Shown: in pieces, positions 50,281-58,479 of the stretch
How positions within the stretch are numbered: position 1 is the stretch's first letter
How the letters are laid out: every line of letters starts with the position of its first letter
Source of the DNA: a virus
Lineage: Duplodnaviria; Caudoviricetes
DNA: 64,000 bases
Reading direction: 5' to 3' (one strand)
IMG/VR virus record: IMGVR_UViG_3300028549_000365
Location: 158,082 to 222,081 of that record
Translations under genes and position numbers: made by a program
The notes under the pieces: generated by a model
Told to the model about the DNA's origin: nothing
Databases searched by the model: none
The model's input: only the letters and a program-made list of their open reading frames with translations

Positions 50281-50701
50281 ATTATTTAAAGATCTAAGTA
50301 ACGAAGAACAAATAGTTGTAGATGGTAACGCTGTGTACAATACATTGGTTAACACTCTTATACTAGTTGAAGATGACAATACTGGTAGATATGGTGTTGA
50401 GTTAGTGGAAACTGATGAACTAGATATAAGAAGATTTAACTATGATCTAGTTATTCAACTTATTGAAATTCCTGAAGAGTTATTAAATTCTTTAGAAGAA
50501 GATAAAAGTAAAGACTTTATATTTGGTACGGGTAACGTAGGTGTACTTGAGTTTTTAGCTTTACAGTTAAAGGATCTTGCGTGTTATATTTTAGAAGGTG
50601 GTATGAAACACTACACACATTTACTTATTCCTGGTAATTTTAAAATTTATGATAATGTCGAAGATATACCAAAGTTAAAAAGATACATAGATGCTGCTTG
50701 A
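50237..50701 (+). CDS. Hypothetical protein
   Basis: 154 aa track ORF; the real start is probably a later ATG after AAGGA. Confidence 0.55.
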   Translation: MIRKERMMQEVKKYRLFKDLSNEEQIVVDGNAVYNTLVNTLILVEDDNTGRYGVELVETDELDIRRFNYDLVIQLIEIPEELLNSLEEDKSKDFIFGTGNVGVLEFLALQLKDLACYILEGGMKHYTHLLIPGNFKIYDNVEDIPKLKRYIDAA

Positions 50702-51011
50702 AATTCTACCGATACTTGACAAGCTAGCAGTTGAGTATAGTGGCGAAGAAGGTAGCATACTCGCTCCAGGGGCGTTTAAAGATAAGTTAGCAGATGATTT
50801 TGATGGTGATATTATAAATCACACTATTACACTAGGTAAAGTAACAAATTTAACAATAACAAGAGGTATACCTGATGAGTGGCGTGAACGTAAACAACCA
50901 CTCGTTACAACTGAAGACCTCCTAGCTACTGTTGCTGGTATATTGAGATATCCAACGTTGGAATACGATAAGGAACATAACGATGAAAAAGAAATTACAA
51001 CAGTACTTTAA
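50691..51011 (+). CDS. Hypothetical protein
   Basis: 106 aa ORF. Confidence 0.55.
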   Translation: MLLEILPILDKLAVEYSGEEGSILAPGAFKDKLADDFDGDIINHTITLGKVTNLTITRGIPDEWRERKQPLVTTEDLLATVAGILRYPTLEYDKEHNDEKEITTVL

Positions 51012-51501
51012 TAAGTATAAAAAAGAAAAAGTGTTAACCATAGAGGACTTTAAAATGTTCCTTATGTTTAAGAATAAAAATGATGTTGTTAGTATTACTA
51101 TAGACAGATATGTGTTTAAGTTTAAAGATACATATGCTGATGTTGGTATAGCTGACTCTGAAGGTAGTGTAGAGTGGTATCATATGTTTTTAACACTAGA
51201 TAATAACTTTAAGTGTGTTACAAATGACAATACGTCTATGGTTAATAGATGGTTAAAGGAATTAAATGTAAAGGTAGTATTGGAAAAGTTATATAAAGAA
51301 AATCTAAATAACCCAACACCATCTGTTATTTATATTGACATACCTACACCAGCAAAATGGGGCGACGATGAAGAAGACTTGAATACAATTGGACAGAAAC
51401 CTGGTGATGGGTTAACTGTGTCGTTTAAAGAACGATATGGTAACCGTTTCGATGTTGTGCACAATACAACACCTATTGTAAATATAACTGTAACAACTTA
51501 A
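50983..51501 (+). CDS. Hypothetical protein
   Basis: 172 aa ORF after AAGGA. Confidence 0.6.
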   Translation: MKKKLQQYFNKYKKEKVLTIEDFKMFLMFKNKNDVVSITIDRYVFKFKDTYADVGIADSEGSVEWYHMFLTLDNNFKCVTNDNTSMVNRWLKELNVKVVLEKLYKENLNNPTPSVIYIDIPTPAKWGDDEEDLNTIGQKPGDGLTVSFKERYGNRFDVVHNTTPIVNITVTT

Positions 51502-51510
51502 GGAGATAAA

Positions 51511-51786
51511 GTGATAAATTATAAAAAATATATTAAGAATGATCTATTCTTATTAAATGTTATACTTGTTGTGTTTTTTAGTGTATTAATTTCAACGATT
51601 GTAGACTCTAGATCTTACTATAACAATGATAGAACAAAAGCTGTATCAGGTAAGTTTTTAAGTATAAACATAACAAGTACAGAACTTAAAAATTATACTA
51701 AAGTAGGTTCAGGTGAAACTGTATGGGGTGCGTACGATGTATATAAGTCGTACGATAGTAAACATTTAATGTATGTATATTATTAA
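51511..51786 (+). CDS. Single-TM protein, paralog of 52839-53123
   Basis: TM helix followed by ...AVSGK.L.I..T..ELKNYTKV.SG..V...YDVYK; the same pattern occurs in 52839-53123 (AITGE.I.I....DLNEYTKIYSG....RYDVYK). Confidence 0.6.
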   Translation: MINYKKYIKNDLFLLNVILVVFFSVLISTIVDSRSYYNNDRTKAVSGKFLSINITSTELKNYTKVGSGETVWGAYDVYKSYDSKHLMYVYY

Positions 51787-51795
51787 GGAGCTAAA

Positions 51796-52095
51796 GTGAA
51801 CGAAATAATACAAGTTTTAGGTGTGTTTATATTTATGCTAGTAATTGTACTTATAGTTTATGTTGTATTTAAAAAAGCATCAAGTAAAAAACAAAAACAA
51901 CTAACTAATAGACAATTGCCTAGTAAAGTAAAAAAGCTTAAATATGGTAGTTGTCATATGTGTGATTGTAAGAAGGTGATTATAATAGATACAGATGGGT
52001 TTGATAAGGATGTTGTTGAATGTATAAAATGTAAAGAGGTATTCAACTGGTATGGCGATTATGTAAGAAGGATAAAAATAAATTATGGAAGATAA
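51796..52095 (+). CDS. Single-TM protein with a zinc ribbon
   Basis: TM helix followed by CHMC...CIKC. Confidence 0.6.
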   Translation: MNEIIQVLGVFIFMLVIVLIVYVVFKKASSKKQKQLTNRQLPSKVKKLKYGSCHMCDCKKVIIIDTDGFDKDVVECIKCKEVFNWYGDYVRRIKINYGR

Positions 52096-52339
52096 AGTTA
52101 AAGATAGAAAATTACAAGAGCTTATAGATAAAGCTGATTATCTAAGAGTAGAGATTAAAAGAGTAAAAGATGTTCTTAATAGTACGTCAGGTCACGGAGG
52201 TAAATATTCTGCTATCGCGTATGTAACAAGAACATACCGCACAGAGTTAAAGAAAATATATGGTGACCTTATAACAGACATGTATGAATATCATGAGTAT
52301 AACTATATTAAAGAGGTGGTAGCAAATGAAAACAATTAG
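52085..52339 (+). CDS. Hypothetical protein
   Basis: 84 aa ORF. Confidence 0.5.
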   Translation: MEDKVKDRKLQELIDKADYLRVEIKRVKDVLNSTSGHGGKYSAIAYVTRTYRTELKKIYGDLITDMYEYHEYNYIKEVVANENN

Positions 52340-52829
52340 TCCGGTTGCAAACCATTTAATAACTTATACGCAGCATACATTACCTACACATGAAGGTCGT
52401 CCAACAAACGAATATGGTATAACGAGTGATATGGTTAAACAAGTAGAATGGGATTATTTACAGCTTAGCGTAGCTTATCCTAATGTAGAGTTACAACCAT
52501 TAGGTTTAGACACAGTTATCGTTAGCCAAGTTGAACCACGGTCTTCATATGACAATATGCCTAAACCGTGGTGTTATGGTAAAGAGTTAATAAAAAACAG
52601 ATATCCTAACACTAGTTTAAAATACAAGTTTTATAATTGGTTACAAGATTCTGGTATTGTAAACACGCACAAAACAAGTGTTATTGAAATGGAGGATTTT
52701 GTGTTTTATACTATTTGTAAGCAGATGTATATTGACTTCATATTGTATACGTTTAAAGAAGATAAAAGATTCGACGAAATGAGAGCTAGAAACAAGGTGT
52801 TAAAATTAACAACAACTGTTATGGAATAA
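52326..52829 (+). CDS. Hypothetical protein
   Basis: 167 aa ORF after GAGG RBS. Confidence 0.6.
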   Translation: MKTISPVANHLITYTQHTLPTHEGRPTNEYGITSDMVKQVEWDYLQLSVAYPNVELQPLGLDTVIVSQVEPRSSYDNMPKPWCYGKELIKNRYPNTSLKYKFYNWLQDSGIVNTHKTSVIEMEDFVFYTICKQMYIDFILYTFKEDKRFDEMRARNKVLKLTTTVME

Positions 52830-52838
52830 GGAGATAAT

Positions 52839-53123
52839 ATGAACACTAAATTTAAAGCATACTTATTTTTAATAAGTGTTTGGTTTTTGTTATTAAGTGT
52901 ACTTATAATAATTATGCTTAATAGTATGCACGTTTATATGTCTGATAAACGTTTTGCTATAACAGGCGAAGTTATAAACATAGCAACTAATGTAATAGAT
53001 CTCAATGAGTATACTAAAATATACTCAGGGACTCGTTTAATTATATTCAGATATGATGTATATAAGAACAATGAATATGGTTGGTGTATAAATGTATACG
53101 ATACTAATTATATAACTAATTAA
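52839..53123 (+). CDS. Single-TM protein, paralog of 51511-51786
   Basis: See 51511-51786. Confidence 0.6.
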   Translation: MNTKFKAYLFLISVWFLLLSVLIIIMLNSMHVYMSDKRFAITGEVINIATNVIDLNEYTKIYSGTRLIIFRYDVYKNNEYGWCINVYDTNYITN

Positions 53124-53131
53124 GTAAATGT

Positions 53132-53168
53132 AACTGTGTGCTTAGGCACACAGTTCCAATCTTTTTTA
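53132..53168 (+). terminator. Terminator with C(UUAG)G loop
   Basis: aactgtgtgc-ttag-gcacacagtt then ccaatctttttt. Confidence 0.7.
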
Positions 53169-53170
53169 GT

Positions 53171-53188
53171 CGTATATTATAAATATAT
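53171..53188 (+). promoter_or_regulatory. TATATTAT early-promoter-like motif
   Basis: cgtatattataaatatat after the terminator, upstream of 53206. Confidence 0.5.
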
Positions 53189-53205
53189 CAACACAAGGAG
53201 AAAAA

Positions 53206-53871
53206 ATGATAGAATTATATCTTACAGGAAAACAGAATGAGATTAGGAGTTATTATAAAGAGCATTTTTATAATAAGAATGACGACGGTCACAATATAGA
53301 ACACGCAGATGATGTGTATGGAAACGCTATAAAAATAGCTAAGTCACCTAGATATAACTTAGTTAGTATGGACGAACACATTATATTCATGATGTGTTAC
53401 CTACACGATATATTTGTATGGAGAGGTCGAGCTGGTCATAATCAGGCCGCCGCTGCGTATATAATGGATAGAAGTGATAAATATCTAGAAGAGCTATCTG
53501 AGTCGCAATTGCTACATGTATTTCACGCAGTCTTACAGCATAGAGCAAGTGACCATACACCACCCAATAGTACATACACACAAATTATAAGACTAGCTGA
53601 CAAAGGTAAGCCAGATTTATTTAAGTTTGTAAGAAGATGTTGGAAGGCTCGTGAGAAAAATGAGAAACATGATACAGAAGAAAGTTTAATGGACTCTGTA
53701 ATACATCATGTTAACGAGAAAATAGGTGCTAACGGATACATGTACAAAGATGAACTATATAAAGAAGTCTATGCTAATGAAATAGCGGAGCTTATTAAAA
53801 GTATAGATATCATGAATGATCTAGGTAAAGAATCGTGGTATACATATATTAGGGAAGTAACATGTCAGTAA
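53206..53871 (+). CDS. HD-superfamily metal-dependent phosphohydrolase
   Basis: H...H..DV, YLHDI, H...AA, .HR and RLAD motifs. Confidence 0.8.
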   Translation: MIELYLTGKQNEIRSYYKEHFYNKNDDGHNIEHADDVYGNAIKIAKSPRYNLVSMDEHIIFMMCYLHDIFVWRGRAGHNQAAAAYIMDRSDKYLEELSESQLLHVFHAVLQHRASDHTPPNSTYTQIIRLADKGKPDLFKFVRRCWKAREKNEKHDTEESLMDSVIHHVNEKIGANGYMYKDELYKEVYANEIAELIKSIDIMNDLGKESWYTYIREVTCQ

Positions 53872-54152
53872 CAACACAAGATAAGGTGGAACGAATAATA
53901 GCTCTTAAGTTATATAGTATAGTATTAAAAGAGAAAGATACTATAGCTAGATTAATGGCTAGTCGAGACGGAATTATTAATTTGTTTAATTCAAACGGAG
54001 ATAAAGCTGTTGTATTAGTGATAGAAGAGATTATTAGTGATAATAAGTGTAAAGTAGAAGTAGTCGATATGAATCGTATTTGTGCAACACCTAAGCTATA
54101 CGCAGAAGTAGAAAATACTACTAATGGTATGTCGTTTAAATTTATAGAGTAG
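53862..54152 (+). CDS. Hypothetical protein
   Basis: 96 aa ORF. Confidence 0.55.
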   Translation: MSVTTQDKVERIIALKLYSIVLKEKDTIARLMASRDGIINLFNSNGDKAVVLVIEEIISDNKCKVEVVDMNRICATPKLYAEVENTTNGMSFKFIE

Positions 54153-54180
54153 TAAGTAGTACCATATGGTACTATTTACT
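54151..54180. terminator. Hairpin between convergent genes
   Basis: agtaagtagtaccat|atggtactatttact (one G.U pair). Confidence 0.6.
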
Positions 54181-54976
54181 GTTCATTATCTTCTAGTATC
54201 TTTTTTATTTCTGGAAAAAGATCTTTATGTGTTTCACCTTTAAGTGTTCTAAGTACTACTGATTTAGATGTACTATCTAGTGTAGCTATAGCTAAGTAAC
54301 TCATACCTGCTTTACGCAGTCTAGCCCAATTAAGAATCTTTTCTTTTTTATCTTCGTTAGCTACACGACCGTTTGGTGTGACTACCATACCTGATTTATT
54401 TTTTGGCTTATTACCTTTAAGTTTAGACACGTCTTCCTTTAAAGAAGCTATAGATGAATCTTTTATTTTAAGCTCATCTTCTAATCTACTTACTTTTTCT
54501 TTAAGCCACTTATTATCACCAGCAGTTCTACCTAACGCCAAAAGCTCGTCACTGTGTTTAGTATTTAGTTTTTTAATAGCTGCTTTATGTACTTTTTCTG
54601 ACATACTTTTTTCTTCTTTACCATCTGCAATGGATTTCGCTAACTCACCCTCTAAACGTCTCATTACATTTCCAGCACGTTCTAGTTCAGTAGTTAAGTT
54701 AGTTACCTTGTTAACTTGTTCTCGATGATACTCAAGATATGCATTATTTAAGTTCTCATATTTTAGAGTAAGAGCCATAAATCCGCTCACAACTAAATTA
54801 TATTTATCTTTCAAGTTTTCAGTACTTTCTTGTTCATAAACAACATCTTTAGTTAGTCTAGCTAGTTTACCAATAGGTACTAGTGGAATATCTTCAGTTT
54901 CCAATACGTGGTCGCCAGCGACCTTAATTAAGTAATCTATGTCCTGTCCAGAGACTTTATTTGTACACCCATTCAT
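54176..54976 (-). CDS. Coiled-coil protein with a C-terminal helix-turn-helix
   Basis: Long heptad region; C-terminal LRKAGMSYLAIA...SKSVVLRTLKG HTH pattern. Confidence 0.6.
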   Translation of the reverse strand: MNGCTNKVSGQDIDYLIKVAGDHVLETEDIPLVPIGKLARLTKDVVYEQESTENLKDKYNLVVSGFMALTLKYENLNNAYLEYHREQVNKVTNLTTELERAGNVMRRLEGELAKSIADGKEEKSMSEKVHKAAIKKLNTKHSDELLALGRTAGDNKWLKEKVSRLEDELKIKDSSIASLKEDVSKLKGNKPKNKSGMVVTPNGRVANEDKKEKILNWARLRKAGMSYLAIATLDSTSKSVVLRTLKGETHKDLFPEIKKILEDNEQ

Positions 54977-55101
54977 ATATATCCTTTTATTTAATATCAG
55001 TAATATGCGTTATTTTAATTTATTTCGCTAAATCCTATATATTATTGATAACATATATGGAATAATAATATACCATTATAACAAATAATAAGGAGCAACA
55101 C

Positions 55102-56193
55102 ATGGGTGTTTGGAAGTTTAATAAAGACGGGACAATAAGTAATGGTTCTATGGCTATTTCATTTGACGACATAATGAAAGCTGTATTATCTAGTAATACA
55201 GTCACAGGCGAGGTTAACGTCAGTACGATAGGTGAACCTTTAACACATAACAATCTAGTATATATGGATCAAACTACGGGAAAAATATTTAAAGCCGTGT
55301 ATAACATAGGAGCACCTAATCAAAAGCAAAATCTATTAGGAGTATATAGATATGTAAATAACAAACATTACGTTGTATATAATGGTTTACTTGCTAACTT
55401 TGGTACAAACTTAGTACCTGGAGCTATTTATAATTTATCAAATGAACTAGGTAAAGCTACTTATAATAAAATGTATACAGGTGTTAAATTAGGTAGAGCT
55501 GTTAGTACTACAGATCTATTAATAAGTATAGATGGTAATATTGATATGATAGTACAATCAGCTTACGACACAACTATAACTAATGGAGTAACTGATAGCG
55601 GTATTACGCTTACAGAAGAAACAGGTACAATGAGTGCTAAGTTTAATAAGAAAACATTTGATCTCTCTATTCCAGCGGCGGTATTGTTCTTTAGAGTTGG
55701 TGACGTAATCGGTAAATTTGACTTCGCTACAGAATACACTGGTGATGAATTTGTAATAGAAATAGGTACAGCTATATATAGTGGAGTGTTCAACGAGAAC
55801 CAAAATGCAGTTAACCCAACGGTATTGACACTAGTCGGTGGCGGTGTGGTTGAAGAACCTGTGGAACCAGAAGAACCTGTAGATCCTGTAGAGCCAGAAG
55901 AACCCGCAACGGCGTATAACACTAGTGTAAATAACAACGCTAACGCAGCTGGTATAAGCATGGTATCTGACACAACAGCTGTTATAGTTCTTAACTTTGA
56001 TAGTAGAGCTTATGATTTATCTACACCAGCTGAAGTTATGTTCTTCCAAGCAGACGGTTTAAAAGTTAAATTAGACTTAGCTAGTGAGTATAAAACTAAA
56101 CTATTCGAATTCATATATAACAATGTTACATATGTTGGTACATTCGCTAAAAATGAAAGTTATGCTAACGCAACTGTATTAACTGTTAAATAA
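55102..56193 (+). CDS. Putative virion decoration/fibre-associated protein with two copies of a ~75-aa beta domain
   Basis: Cement/fibre-like N-terminal half; two FD..[TA]YDLS.PA.V.FF...K.D.A.EY....F......Y.G.F domains separated by an EEPVEPEEPVDPVEPEEP linker. Confidence 0.55.
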   Translation: MGVWKFNKDGTISNGSMAISFDDIMKAVLSSNTVTGEVNVSTIGEPLTHNNLVYMDQTTGKIFKAVYNIGAPNQKQNLLGVYRYVNNKHYVVYNGLLANFGTNLVPGAIYNLSNELGKATYNKMYTGVKLGRAVSTTDLLISIDGNIDMIVQSAYDTTITNGVTDSGITLTEETGTMSAKFNKKTFDLSIPAAVLFFRVGDVIGKFDFATEYTGDEFVIEIGTAIYSGVFNENQNAVNPTVLTLVGGGVVEEPVEPEEPVDPVEPEEPATAYNTSVNNNANAAGISMVSDTTAVIVLNFDSRAYDLSTPAEVMFFQADGLKVKLDLASEYKTKLFEFIYNNVTYVGTFAKNESYANATVLTVK

Positions 56194-56203
56194 GGACTAA
56201 ATA

Positions 56204-57361
56204 ATGAGTAATATAATTAATATTCCAAGTGGTATTTCTGTATTAGGAAATAGTTTCGATGGAACAGTAGATTTATCTACAGATGTTAACAGTGATATAG
56301 ATTTCTATAAAACTCTTAAGAACGGTAGATGGGCGAGTTGGACTAAGGGTGCCAGTGTAGCATTTCAAGGACTAACAACAATTGATAAAGGTATAGGGTA
56401 TGTTGTCAAAGCTAGTAACAACACTAATATAGCTATACCAGGAGTTCCATTAGATATTAATACACTTAACTTACCTTTAGGTTTGACGATGTTGGCTATA
56501 CCATTTGATAACTTTAATTTAAGCGGCGGTGTATTACCTAGAATGGAAGTTTCGTCTATGAAGACACTTGTTAATGGTGTATGGAAATCTTGGATAGCTG
56601 GTTCACCAGAGTTTGCGCAAGGATTCTCTACACTATCTAACACTAAAGGTTATCTAGTTAATATAAATAAAGTATATAGTAGCTATTTAGATAAAAATAA
56701 TAAGACAGTTAATACTGGTGTTCAAGTAGGTAAGAAAACACTTATAGAAACACCTGTTAATAAAGATCTTATAAGTGAGATAGATGGTATAGGGTTACAA
56801 TATAGTATAGTAGGTTTAGACTACTTAGGTGTTGTGTCTGGTGTGTTAGATAAAAAGATTATGTATTTTATGATAGGTGTAGATAGAATAAAATTAGAAT
56901 TCCCAGCTGAATATATAGGTAAAAAGATTACTATACAACGTGATGATGTAACTATACAAGATATGGGTGTTATAACTGAAGGGTTTGTACCTACTGATAT
57001 TATTGATTATGGTTTATTAGGGGAAGGTGAGATAGTAGATTATGGTATCATAAACGAAATACAAACATTAACTAACATCGATTATGAAGTTACTTTAGTA
57101 GAACGTAATGATGTAAACGACCCAGTGACTGTTATTGATGTTATTAGTGAAGATATTTTAGATATCATGTACGATACTATATCGTTCGATCAATTAGGTA
57201 TTATGAAGATTATGAATATTATATTAGCTGGTAATAAGACTAGAGTTAGTTTTTACCCTGAGTACGAAGGTAGACCTTTTACGGTGTTGAAAAATGGTGT
57301 TAAATACACTGGTGTATTCCAAGAGTCTATACTAGAGTATATAACTTTACAAACTGCTTAA
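56204..57361 (+). CDS. Putative virion protein: two W.SW..G...QG...GY domains plus two ~75-aa beta domains
   Basis: Internal repeats are visible in the translation; paralog of 57395-58405. Confidence 0.55.
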   Translation: MSNIINIPSGISVLGNSFDGTVDLSTDVNSDIDFYKTLKNGRWASWTKGASVAFQGLTTIDKGIGYVVKASNNTNIAIPGVPLDINTLNLPLGLTMLAIPFDNFNLSGGVLPRMEVSSMKTLVNGVWKSWIAGSPEFAQGFSTLSNTKGYLVNINKVYSSYLDKNNKTVNTGVQVGKKTLIETPVNKDLISEIDGIGLQYSIVGLDYLGVVSGVLDKKIMYFMIGVDRIKLEFPAEYIGKKITIQRDDVTIQDMGVITEGFVPTDIIDYGLLGEGEIVDYGIINEIQTLTNIDYEVTLVERNDVNDPVTVIDVISEDILDIMYDTISFDQLGIMKIMNIILAGNKTRVSFYPEYEGRPFTVLKNGVKYTGVFQESILEYITLQTA

Positions 57362-57394
57362 TAAGCATTAGTTAAATAAAAATAAGGATAAAGT

Positions 57395-58405
57395 ATGTCA
57401 AAAATTTACAGTGTATCACAAGGTGTTTCTACTATAGGAAATGTTATAAACAAAGATCAAGTTATTAGTGAACTTAATAACAGTAATATAGATTTTCTAA
57501 AAACGTTAAATAACGGTGTGTGGAAATCTTGGACTAAAGGCGCTGATGCCGCGTTCCAAGGTTTTGATAATATTAACAAAGGTAGAGGTTATGTTATTAA
57601 AGCAGGTGCAGCTACTTCGTTCGAAATAGTAGGTGACACTATCAATGCTAATCAAATTCCTGTTTCTACTGGTATGTGTATGTTAGCGTTCCCATATAGT
57701 GCTAGACCAATTGGTGATGGTTATATCCCTAGAATGAAAATGGGTATTATTAAAACTATTAACAGTGGTGCATGGGGTTCTTGGGTAACTGGTACTCCAG
57801 ACGGTATGCAAGGATTTACTGCACTAGATGATAGTAAAGGTTACGTATGTAACGTTGAATCACTACACGGTTCTTTAATAGCTGCTACCGCAGTTGATAA
57901 TAACGAAGGTGTTAGATTTAATATTTCTAATACATCTGTATCTAACGGTGAAACAGCACAAGGTGTTAGTTATACTGATCCATATGGTATTGGAACATTA
58001 AGTTTTGATAGTGTAACATATGATATCTCTAACCCAGGTTTGATTATGTTCTTTAAAGTTGGAACTACTTTAGCTAAGTTAGACTTTGCTCCTGAACTAT
58101 TAGGTGTTGATTTCTATGTAACAGTAAGTAGTGTTACATATAGAGGCGTGTTTACAGAAGAAAATGATTCTGCTTCAGCTATAGAAATTATAGAAGTCGT
58201 AGATGTAAGCGCGTTAGAATTAACATATACTCCTAAAACATTTACACCAGGTGTTTATAAAGAGATGAGAATAACACTTGGTTCTATCAATGGTGTTATT
58301 GAATACGCTTCTGAATACGCAGGTGAAGAATTTAAAGTATGGAAAGATGGTAAAATAGCGTCAGGTACATTCCAAGAGACTGATGTTACATTAACATTAG
58401 CTTAA
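57395..58405 (+). CDS. Putative virion protein, paralog of 56204-57361
   Basis: KTLNNGVWKSWTKGA..AFQG...KG.GYV.K matches KTLKNGRWASWTKGA..AFQG...KG.GYV.K; two C-terminal beta domains. Confidence 0.6.
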   Translation: MSKIYSVSQGVSTIGNVINKDQVISELNNSNIDFLKTLNNGVWKSWTKGADAAFQGFDNINKGRGYVIKAGAATSFEIVGDTINANQIPVSTGMCMLAFPYSARPIGDGYIPRMKMGIIKTINSGAWGSWVTGTPDGMQGFTALDDSKGYVCNVESLHGSLIAATAVDNNEGVRFNISNTSVSNGETAQGVSYTDPYGIGTLSFDSVTYDISNPGLIMFFKVGTTLAKLDFAPELLGVDFYVTVSSVTYRGVFTEENDSASAIEIIEVVDVSALELTYTPKTFTPGVYKEMRITLGSINGVIEYASEYAGEEFKVWKDGKIASGTFQETDVTLTLA

Positions 58406-58413
58406 CAATATAA

Positions 58414-58446
58414 GTTATAACAAGTAGTTATGCTACTTGTTATAAC
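58414..58446. terminator. Hairpin upstream of the fibre gene
   Basis: gttataacaagtag-ttatg-ctacttgttataac. Confidence 0.5.
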
Positions 58447-58479
58447 ATTGGTTTATTTGATTATAAAAAAGGAGAAATT

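Noticed and set aside
50691-51011. DDFDGD (and WDYDGD in 48990-49820) resembling the RNAP catalytic NADFDGD motif
   Set aside because: Short proteins without the surrounding double-psi barrel context; the true motif belongs to the beta' N-terminal subunit, which is not in this window.
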